From: Nitrospirota bacterium
GTDB lineage: Bacteria; Nitrospirota; UBA9217
DNA length: 64,000 nt
Reading direction: 5' to 3'
NCBI GenBank assembly: GCA_963751455.1
Contig: CAVVUN010000008.1
Location: forward strand, 1-64,000
The position numbers were made by a program, and so were the translations under genes. Positions 43,040 through 51,232 of the stretch are shown here, piece after piece. Below the pieces are notes generated by a model, which did no database searches, was not told the origin of the DNA, and saw only the letters and a program-made list of their open reading frames with translations. Numbering within the stretch: the first letter of the stretch is position 1; each line of letters begins with the position of its first letter.

Positions 43040-44294
43040 TAAGCACTCCTTCGGGAATGCGTATCTTGCCGGTGAGCAGGTTTTGAAGGAGGCACTTATT
43101 GACCTCCTGCAACGAGGAAAGTCTTTTTTTGACAGAATCCAACGCCGCATATGCGGCAGCAACGGTAGATACTATTTCGGTTTGTCTTGTCGGTGATGGA
43201 AGAAGTATCGGCAAAGACAGAATGTCCCTGCGCTTTATCTTTACCATACTTCCACTTGTACCACTAGCGCGTGATTTTAGCCAGCGTCTCGCATTGGAGC
43301 TTCGAAGCAATAGCTCTGCGAAAGCTGGCGATACGATGTTGCTATTGACACGAATCCGCATCATTAAATCAGGATAGTAAGCAACTTCGGGCTGCCCAAC
43401 ATATCTTCCCGCTCTGCCAACGAGTTCGGGGGTGTTTGATCGACTAACCAGAATATCATCAATTTCGAGCTTGAATGGCAAAAGCCCATCATCGTCTATT
43501 GGTGCTGGTTTGATACCGTCAGAGTTGAATCTTTCATCGGTCAATGCATCCAGCGACAAGACCCATGCACCGGTTGGATCTTGGGGGCATGCAGGTGAAT
43601 AGCCATTTCGTATTTTTTCCCTGATAATGCTTGCGAACGTCGTGGGTTGCCATCTTTCATCCGTGGACGGAACAAGCAGTGCAGCGGTTAGAGATCGTGT
43701 AAACTCCCGCGTCGCATCCAACTCTGCTTTTGTTTTGGCAATGGCATCACTGGCCAGTTTCAGGGCACTAGCAATGCGACGTTGTTCGTTCTCCTCAGGA
43801 ATACGAATCAATATTTTCTTGATTTCGCGGCGGGAAACCTCGAGAAAAGTTGTTCCGGCTCCGAGTCTAACCAAGGTTGGCCTTATGATTTCGATTAGAT
43901 AAAAGAGATATTCCGCAGAGAAACCAGCTTTTGGAACAAGGGTAGCAAAACCTTGGTTAATGGCCATTGGCACGCGATTGATCTTTGCAGCGCCAATCGT
44001 CGCCCGGCTGGTCATTAGCACTGAATTCTCGGGTACCAGCGTTGACTGCCTCAAACCTGATCGAGAAATATAGCGTTCAGTCGAGACAATTTCATTACCC
44101 TCGGTTCCTGTAATGTCTGTTGGCGTCGCCCATGGTATTTCCTGCGGATGCCAATAGTCAGCGATGTCGGTGTCTGGTGTACCACCACCCAGAACATTCA
44201 CGGCTTTGGCCAAGGTATCAGTTGGCCATTCGCAGCTGTGGAAGAACTGCGACAGAGGCAGTTTGTATATAACGTCTTGCATAGGGTGGCTCAT
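43032..44294 (-). CDS. hsdS: Type I RM specificity subunit with two TRDs
   Basis: GGGTP...YW...IPW TRD1, P..EQRRIA spacer, second TRD with DILVSRSN, C-terminal LLQNLLTGKIR. Confidence 0.95.
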   Translation of the reverse strand: MSHPMQDVIYKLPLSQFFHSCEWPTDTLAKAVNVLGGGTPDTDIADYWHPQEIPWATPTDITGTEGNEIVSTERYISRSGLRQSTLVPENSVLMTSRATIGAAKINRVPMAINQGFATLVPKAGFSAEYLFYLIEIIRPTLVRLGAGTTFLEVSRREIKKILIRIPEENEQRRIASALKLASDAIAKTKAELDATREFTRSLTAALLVPSTDERWQPTTFASIIREKIRNGYSPACPQDPTGAWVLSLDALTDERFNSDGIKPAPIDDDGLLPFKLEIDDILVSRSNTPELVGRAGRYVGQPEVAYYPDLMMRIRVNSNIVSPAFAELLLRSSNARRWLKSRASGTSGSMVKIKRRDILSLPILLPSPTRQTEIVSTVAAAYAALDSVKKRLSSLQEVNKCLLQNLLTGKIRIPEGVLNE

Positions 44295-46474
44295 ACTGAT
44301 GCTCCGATGTTCAACGCTTTCAAAATCTGATCGAGTTTCTCCTTTGCCTCGGCATTGGCTTTTTCTACGATTCGGAGGTTTTTGATTGCCTCATCAAGCG
44401 GCACAACCTTCTCCGGCTCATACGTATCCACGTACCTTGGAAGGTTCAGGTTGAACTCGTTCTCCTCAATCTGGACTTTGTCCACCACGGCAAAGTAACG
44501 GCGCGCTTCGCCCGGGTTAGCAAGAATACGGTTTAGGTCAGTAGCGGCTTCCCTCAAGTGTGTGATTTCACGTTCGGCTGTGCGTTTGACCTCCTGCTCA
44601 CGGCTGTCACGCTCTTCCTGGAGCTTCCTCAACTCCTTCACTGCTCTTGCGACCTGCTTGGTTCGGTCTTTGAGCGCGTCGATAAGTTTTTTTCGGGCGT
44701 CATCGTACGTCTTCTTTGGCTTTGCCAGCTTGGACTTTTGAGCTGTTTTTTTGCTGCGCTCGGCAGCCTGAATTTTCGCCTGCATATTCTCAACGGCGGC
44801 CTTCAACGGGACCAGCGGATGGAAGAACGGATGTTCAGGAGTGATGGCTTCATCCACAGACTTGGCCTTGAAGTCCAGCGCATCGAGGACGGCATGTTCA
44901 GCTTCTAAATCTGTCAGCGGGGCCAGCACCGGGCCGAAGGCATCCTCGATGTCTTTTAGCCGTTCATCACGATGTTCTTCTACCTCGCGGATCAATTGCG
45001 CTTCATGTTCGACAATCAGTTGCTTAGCCAGTTCCAAATCACCGAATGCTCGCCAAGGCACCAGGATACGCATCAGGTCCGATGGTCGCAGCAGGTTTTG
45101 GGGATTACCTTTCTGATAGTGGCGGGACGCCCAGATCATGAGCGTCTTGCCCTTGCGGGCCTTGGGTTTGTTCTTGTTCAGCATTATCAAACAGGCAGGC
45201 ACGCCGTTGCCGTAAAAGAGTTTGGAGGGCAGCACCACGATGCATTCGATAAGATCAGCCTCGATGAAACCGCGCCGGATTATGTATTCCGCATCCGCCT
45301 TCTGGTTCTGTCCGTCTTCCTCTTCCGTCTGCTCGGGCTGGCCCCGGAACAGCACACCCTGGGACATGACCACCATCCCCTTCCCCGCTTCTCCGGTTTT
45401 CGGATTGAGGTCTTTCAGCGAATCCGCGATCTGCTGCAACCATGCCCAGTCACCATTCGAAGCAGGCGGCAGTCCGAAAGAAAATCGTCCAAACTTGTCT
45501 CCGGAGACTACAGTGTCATACCCCCAGTCTTCCAGCGAGAATGGTGGATTCATTATGATTCGGTCGAATTGTTTAATAACATTATTGCGTAAGAGATGGC
45601 GAGGGTCGCGCAGTGAGTCACCCTGCTTGTGGTCCCAAACGGGTACGCCATGCAGGATCATGTTGATGCGCGAGATGTTGTAAGTGGCGACGTTAGATTC
45701 CTGGCCGTGCAGGATCAACTGCCGTACATCTCCGCCATGCTTCTTCACGTAACGGAGGCACTGCAGGAGCAGACCGCCGGAACCATGGGACCAGTCGCAG
45801 ATGCTCATGCCGGGCTTGGGCTCCAGCATCTCGGACATAAGAAAACCCACTTCGGCCGGAGTATAGAACTCACCGCTGGATTTGCCGGCTTTGCTGGCGA
45901 AGTTGCGGATCAGGTATTCATAAGCATTGCCGAACAGGTCGTCCGAGACATGAGCGCGGTCGAACTTCTGGCTGCTGAAATGATTAATGAGGTTTACGAG
46001 TTTATCGCGCGGGAGTTCATCCTGCTTGTTGAAATCAATCTTGCCGGTCAGGATGCCGTCGAAATTATTCTGACGGTGGGCGTTGGCCCGCTCAATGGCA
46101 AGCATGGCATCGTTGAGCGCCTGGCCGAGATGGCCTTTTGCTGTCCGTGCAACAGTATCCCAGGCCGACTTTTCCGGGACAACGAAGTGGTGCAATTCTG
46201 GTTGTCGAGCAAGATACTTGGCTTGTTTTTCAGATATCCCGGCAACGTTCAGTACGGTGGTTTCACGACCCACATCTTCCAAAAAACAGTCGTTGATTCG
46301 TTTATAGAAGAGCAGTGCGAACACATAGCCACGGAATTCCGAGTGATCCGCATTGCCTCGTAGAATATTTGCAGCCGTATCGAGGTAACTCTCGAGTTCG
46401 CTTTGAGTCATGCGCCGTACAGGCCGAACTACAATAGGTTTATCGAGAGTGGATAGTAATTCGTCAAGTTTCAT
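44291..46474 (-). CDS. hsdM: Type I RM N6-adenine methyltransferase subunit M with a long coiled-coil insertion
   Basis: AANILRG, GNAYEYLI..FA...GEFYTP, motif I variant DWSHGSGG, NPPF, C-terminal EFNLNLPRYV. Confidence 0.95.
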   Translation of the reverse strand: MKLDELLSTLDKPIVVRPVRRMTQSELESYLDTAANILRGNADHSEFRGYVFALLFYKRINDCFLEDVGRETTVLNVAGISEKQAKYLARQPELHHFVVPEKSAWDTVARTAKGHLGQALNDAMLAIERANAHRQNNFDGILTGKIDFNKQDELPRDKLVNLINHFSSQKFDRAHVSDDLFGNAYEYLIRNFASKAGKSSGEFYTPAEVGFLMSEMLEPKPGMSICDWSHGSGGLLLQCLRYVKKHGGDVRQLILHGQESNVATYNISRINMILHGVPVWDHKQGDSLRDPRHLLRNNVIKQFDRIIMNPPFSLEDWGYDTVVSGDKFGRFSFGLPPASNGDWAWLQQIADSLKDLNPKTGEAGKGMVVMSQGVLFRGQPEQTEEEDGQNQKADAEYIIRRGFIEADLIECIVVLPSKLFYGNGVPACLIMLNKNKPKARKGKTLMIWASRHYQKGNPQNLLRPSDLMRILVPWRAFGDLELAKQLIVEHEAQLIREVEEHRDERLKDIEDAFGPVLAPLTDLEAEHAVLDALDFKAKSVDEAITPEHPFFHPLVPLKAAVENMQAKIQAAERSKKTAQKSKLAKPKKTYDDARKKLIDALKDRTKQVARAVKELRKLQEERDSREQEVKRTAEREITHLREAATDLNRILANPGEARRYFAVVDKVQIEENEFNLNLPRYVDTYEPEKVVPLDEAIKNLRIVEKANAEAKEKLDQILKALNIGASV

Positions 46475-46733
46475 TTATGCTCCAAGGGGGAATTTCTCAG
46501 TGGCCACAGAGATTTTTCTGAGGATAAACAAAGCGGGCTTGAGGACTGAGCAGAACAGCACGACAATAACATAAAACTGCTCTTTAAGTCCAGCATTACA
46601 AATGATTATTCAGGCTTTTGCTCTGTGGAATTGAAGCAGAGGATCAAAGGGTAGGCAGAAAAACGTGGCTCTTCCAGATTTAAGCTTTTCACCAATAATG
46701 ATAATGTTAATTCTGGTTCAATGGAGAGAACTT

Positions 46734-46934
46734 TTATTTCGACACCGCATTGTCGGCTGCAATAAGTCTCTTAGTTTCATTTTCATAGGCGTCCAGCAGC
46801 GCACTTACTCCCAAAATAGCTGTCAACGTGGAAATTGGGCGTCGCTTATCACGAGAAAGCGCTAATGCAATGCGATTCCACTGATCAGTTTCTTCAGTAA
46901 TGTGGACCGTTATCTCACCCGATTTGCTTTCCAT
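46734..46934 (-). CDS. Small hypothetical protein (66 aa), possibly ribbon-helix-helix-like
   Basis: Strong GAGGAGG RBS; alternating ITVHI strand followed by helical segments. Confidence 0.55.
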   Translation of the reverse strand: MESKSGEITVHITEETDQWNRIALALSRDKRRPISTLTAILGVSALLDAYENETKRLIAADNAVSK

Positions 46935-46970
46935 ACAGCGAACCTCCTCTAAAAAAGTATATCATTAAGA

Positions 46971-47858
46971 TCAAGCTTTCGCATTGCCCGACACTGATTT
47001 CCTTGCTATGCAGTAGTTACCCCTCATAAGTTGAATAAAGTTGAACATTTGATCAGCGAATGCACAAAGAATTTGTACTTGAAATCCTTTTTTAAGACGA
47101 TTCCGCGACAATGTGTCTACTGCTAAAAACCCTACGTCCTCCGTCGCTCCATCCTGACCTACCTTATTAGTATCTGCATACCGAACCGGGACTACGATTG
47201 TGCTCTTATAATAATTTATCCAATTAGGCCGCTGATTTCGATACTCTTTGTCTTTTGTTAAATCTGGCGAGTGATAAAATGAAGGCCGACCTGGAACGAA
47301 TTTTAATGAATCATCGAATGCTGAATTTGCTCCAGTTTTTACTTCAAACACTTTTGGATGGTCATCATCTCTGGTAGACTTCATTTCGCTGCGAACATAT
47401 GTTTCGCAGAAATATCTATTGCCATTCTTAGTAAGCAACTTAAATGTAACTACGCAAGGGCGGCGTGTGAGTGTGGAATATATTACTGCTATTCTTTGAC
47501 AAACAGCCTCGAGAACCGTTCTCTCGTTCTGCAATAGAACGGTAGTATCAGAAATTGGATCTCTTTCAGAAAACATCTGGCAGAGTGTATTACGATATAA
47601 ATGATTGATCTCGTGCATCTGATAAAAACATTTTTCTACCGCCTGTTTATCAGAGCGTACACGAAAAGAATAGAGTGCTGTTGCGAAGAAAATTAGAAGA
47701 AGCAAACAGTAGAGGATCTTCTGATAGAGTTCAATTTGGACTCCATGAAGCATTTCGTAAACAATGTATCCGAGTCCAATTATGGATGCAATAGAACCAG
47801 CAAAAGCCACCACGCGGCTATCGAGGATATCATAAATTGACGCAGTTGTTCTTATCAT
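46971..47858 (-). CDS. Two-TM membrane protein with C-terminal GAF-like domain
   Basis: Two N-terminal hydrophobic helices; YKSTIVVPVR...VGFLAVDT GAF-like ending; AT-rich DNA. Confidence 0.65.
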   Translation of the reverse strand: MIRTTASIYDILDSRVVAFAGSIASIIGLGYIVYEMLHGVQIELYQKILYCLLLLIFFATALYSFRVRSDKQAVEKCFYQMHEINHLYRNTLCQMFSERDPISDTTVLLQNERTVLEAVCQRIAVIYSTLTRRPCVVTFKLLTKNGNRYFCETYVRSEMKSTRDDDHPKVFEVKTGANSAFDDSLKFVPGRPSFYHSPDLTKDKEYRNQRPNWINYYKSTIVVPVRYADTNKVGQDGATEDVGFLAVDTLSRNRLKKGFQVQILCAFADQMFNFIQLMRGNYCIARKSVSGNAKA

Positions 47859-48033
47859 TTTTTCAAGAGTGATGCTGTAACGACTGAAGCGATTGCACGC
47901 GGTTTACACTCGTAGATCGAGAACTTACTATCGTGAAGGGTTAATTGATTATATTGATGTTCAATTTATTGTCAAGGGAAAATACAACGATTCAGAGTTG
48001 AAGTACATCAGAGAAAAAATGGCGAGCGTGTGC

Positions 48034-48179
48034 TTACATCTTCACTTTTTTCACCTTCCTCGTTCCTTCGTACAATTCATACTCCAATAACCTGCACTCG
48101 ATGCCGTTGTTCCAGAACGGAATGCTGCGCTTCGGTTTTATGAGTGCCGGACTGCCGTTAAACATGCCGTGATGCCTTT
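48034..48179 (-). pseudogene. Displaced duplicate of the 3' end of the rlmL-like gene
   Basis: Translates KPKRSIPFWNNGIECRLLEYELYEGTRKVKKVKM* vs KPKRSIPFWNSGIECRLLEYELYEGTRKVKKVKPDG* of 51233-52399; 83/98 nt identical by hand count. Confidence 0.9.
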
Positions 48180-48252
48180 GCTGGCGATCACATTTCGATC
48201 GTATTCTTCTTCTGGTGCTCCGGACAGTTCCGGTTTGCGGTCGGGCTACAAT

Positions 48253-51096
48253 TCAGCTACTGATTGCGCTGCCTCCTCTCCTCTCGCTCATCAACGGATC
48301 GACCAAGGCGCGGTATGCATCTTCCCCTCGCGGCCACAATTTTGCGATGAGGTCCATGCCTGCGTGCCGGTAAATGTCGACCCATTCATCCTTGTACAAA
48401 ACGGAAAGTTTCGGATTCAGAACATACCACCCCTGCCGCTCGCGCCGAAAAAGCTTCCGGCTGTACGGGTTCGTGCTGTCCTCTTCATTTTTCGACAGAA
48501 GCCCTGAGAGGTAGGTCCTCTTTTTACGGTACGCGGGCACGACGCTCTCCGGCAGCAATGCCGTCATCTCGGCAAGCTTGACTGCATTGATGGACGCCAT
48601 GATCGGGTCGCTGAAGCGTCTGTGCAAAAGAGCGAAGATAACGGCAAACAGGAGAAACTCTCCCTGACTGGCGTCAAGCTTTACCAGCCGTTCGTCGACT
48701 TTGAGGCTTACGTGCGACGGCGCGAGCATCTCGTGCACCGAAGCAAACTGTTTCGCGGCGTATTCCGGTTCATGGACAGCGCGTTCCAACGCCCCGAGCC
48801 AGGCCGTAACGCCGTAGCTGTCAACAAGCTCCCCGTCCGCGCCCGCGGCAAGCAGTTCTTTGACTAGAGCAGCGTTTCCGGGCAGCGCCGCCAGCATAAG
48901 CGGCGTCTTGTTGAAAGCCGTGCGAAGATCGATTCCGTATGTCTCGCACTGCCTCAATTTATCCTTATAGAACCTCCCCGTGTAATCCTGATAATTTCTC
49001 TGGATTTGACCTGCGCGCTGCTGGTTGTACAGCTCATAATTTAAAAATAGATGTCCGCTCACATTGTCGAAATACGGCTTCGCCTTATCGAAACCCGATT
49101 GATAGAGCTGTTCGAGAAGCTGGCGCTTGTCGTAGAAGAGAGCGTATTCCAGAAGCGTTTTTTTCGGCTTCTGCGACACTTCTTTCGGGTCTGTTGCGCG
49201 GGTCAGCAGATAGAGGACCCGATCAGCCGTGCATACTTCCCAGGGCACTGGCTGGGTTTTGAGGATGTCGCGCCTGATCTCTTCCGCCTGTTCAAGCCTG
49301 CCCTGAAGTTCGAGTTTTCGCGCTTCCGCCTGCCACTCTTCCCTGCTCGATTGCTTTGCGTCAACATCAACGTCTTCCCGCGCGTCCTTTATCCCGAGTA
49401 AGCCGATCAGCGGATGGTTCAGGTCGCTCTCTATCAGGTACAGCTTCTGAACGGCGCGAGTGATTGCCACGTAGAGAGAGTTCACGAAGAATTTGTAGAC
49501 CTCGAGCGACTTGTCCGTCTTGTCCCGGGGCCTGCGGTACTCAAGGTCGCCGGACAGGTCCTCCTCGCTTACCCCGTCCACGAGCTCCCCGAATAGGGAG
49601 CGCTCCTTCGAGATAAAGTTCACGAGAACCACGTTTTCGTATTCCAGCCCTTTCGCTTCATGGATGCTGAAGAGCAGCGGTGTGTCAAAAAACTCCCGCG
49701 CCGCGGGCTTGTCCTCGTCCCGCATGACCAGGACCGCGAATTTTGTCGAGCGTCTTGTCTTTTTGCCGAGTTCCCGTTTCGCCTTGTCCGTGTCCCGTAC
49801 GAGCACGAGTTCGCCTGCCGCGTCCGAAACGCTTTTCATAAGGTAATTGCTTTCCCGGTCTATGGACCCGAACCGCTTCTGCTTGATCCGGAGCAGCGTG
49901 TTCGCAAGTCCTGTCACTTCCGCCGAATTTCTGAAATTTGACTGGAGCATCCGAGTCACTTCGGCGGCCTGAAGTTCCTCCGCATTGTAAAGCATGGTCT
50001 TGAGGCCGCTCCAGGAAAAGTGATTGGGATGCACGATCTGATTGGAGTCCCCACACAGGATGAAATTCCTAAATTCCTTGAGGCTGTGAAGGATCAGCTG
50101 AAGCTGAACGTTCGTGATGTCCTGCACCTCGTCCACGACGACGAAATCATGAACTTGTTTTATCAGTTGCAGGTATTCGTGGGCCAGAATATTGGGATCG
50201 TAGAGCCCGTTTTCCTTGAGGAAGACGAGATACTTTTCAAAAAGCGTATAGACCAGTTCGCGCTCTTCGGAAAGAAAGATGGACTGCCGGACCCCGAGAG
50301 AGAGATACTCCTCGCGGGAAAGCCAGGGTTTGTCCACAACGGAGCCGGTCAGGACTCCCCTGAACTCCTCATACAGCCTGTGGGCATCCGATACCCGCTG
50401 GTGCTTCGGGATCCGCATGATCCAGCCTGCGAACGCGAGATAGGAGATTTCTTTTCCTTCCGGCACCCTCAGGGTCTCCAGAAATTCGCGAAAGGAAAAA
50501 AAGGAAATTTCCTGGTCTTCATTCTCATAATGATTCGCGTAGTAGAGGTTGCGGGAGTTGTCCGCAAGGTAGCGCGAGAGGGTCACGTACAGAATCCGCC
50601 CCTGTGCCTGCTTCATCTTTTCAAGGGTGAGCGCGGTCTTTCCGCTCCCTGCCGGGCCGATGATGAGCACCGGCGGCAGGCGCTGAAAAGTGTCCTGCTG
50701 GTCCGGATCGAAGGAAATAATTTTATCGAGAAAATGAAAACGGGTAAGGGCAGGGTTGACATACCGGAGAGCGGGCAGTTCTTCGGGTGATTCGGGCGCT
50801 TTATCCAGCGCGGGTATCTTTGCTTCGTCGACGGGGATGCCCCGGAGAAATTTGGATTTCTCGTAGGCGTGCTGATGAACGACCTCCAGGATCAGGGCAT
50901 ATTGTTCACCGCCGAAGGCCATAAGCTTGAACAGCAGCCGGTTCGTGTCGTCGAGCTTCGCCCGGTACAGGCCATGGTCCGCCAGCTTCTTGACGTCGGC
51001 GGAATAGAAATCGCCGTTCTCAAGAAAGGTTCGGACCTTGCCGTACTGCCGCTTTACCTTTGACGTATCGAGGTCGATGTATTCGATTACTTTCAA
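48253..51096 (-). CDS. SF1 (UvrD/Rep-like) helicase with N-terminal RelE/ParE-like domain and C-terminal ankyrin repeat
   Basis: GPAGSGKT, VVDEVQD, GDSNQ, NFRNS, SIHEAKGLE, YVAITRA; TPLMLAALPGNAALVKELLAAGAD ankyrin; N-terminal VKKL...LYRAKL...RLLF...LILEV..H.Y. Confidence 0.85.
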   Translation of the reverse strand: MKVIEYIDLDTSKVKRQYGKVRTFLENGDFYSADVKKLADHGLYRAKLDDTNRLLFKLMAFGGEQYALILEVVHQHAYEKSKFLRGIPVDEAKIPALDKAPESPEELPALRYVNPALTRFHFLDKIISFDPDQQDTFQRLPPVLIIGPAGSGKTALTLEKMKQAQGRILYVTLSRYLADNSRNLYYANHYENEDQEISFFSFREFLETLRVPEGKEISYLAFAGWIMRIPKHQRVSDAHRLYEEFRGVLTGSVVDKPWLSREEYLSLGVRQSIFLSEERELVYTLFEKYLVFLKENGLYDPNILAHEYLQLIKQVHDFVVVDEVQDITNVQLQLILHSLKEFRNFILCGDSNQIVHPNHFSWSGLKTMLYNAEELQAAEVTRMLQSNFRNSAEVTGLANTLLRIKQKRFGSIDRESNYLMKSVSDAAGELVLVRDTDKAKRELGKKTRRSTKFAVLVMRDEDKPAAREFFDTPLLFSIHEAKGLEYENVVLVNFISKERSLFGELVDGVSEEDLSGDLEYRRPRDKTDKSLEVYKFFVNSLYVAITRAVQKLYLIESDLNHPLIGLLGIKDAREDVDVDAKQSSREEWQAEARKLELQGRLEQAEEIRRDILKTQPVPWEVCTADRVLYLLTRATDPKEVSQKPKKTLLEYALFYDKRQLLEQLYQSGFDKAKPYFDNVSGHLFLNYELYNQQRAGQIQRNYQDYTGRFYKDKLRQCETYGIDLRTAFNKTPLMLAALPGNAALVKELLAAGADGELVDSYGVTAWLGALERAVHEPEYAAKQFASVHEMLAPSHVSLKVDERLVKLDASQGEFLLFAVIFALLHRRFSDPIMASINAVKLAEMTALLPESVVPAYRKKRTYLSGLLSKNEEDSTNPYSRKLFRRERQGWYVLNPKLSVLYKDEWVDIYRHAGMDLIAKLWPRGEDAYRALVDPLMSERRGGSAISS

Positions 51097-51232
51097 GACG
51101 CGAGGCCTCGGACAGCGGATTGATGGAAGGCTTTTTTCATCTCAGGTCATAAATCTACTATAGACGGGGAGAAAGAGCAAGGGTTGAGACTCTGGCCGCT
51201 TGTGGGGGGGGGCAGGGCGGGTCGGGATTGGT

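Noticed and set aside
43040-43162. N-terminal extension of HsdR in the ORF track
   Set aside because: It overlaps hsdS; the RBS and ATG at 43039 give the usual coupled start.
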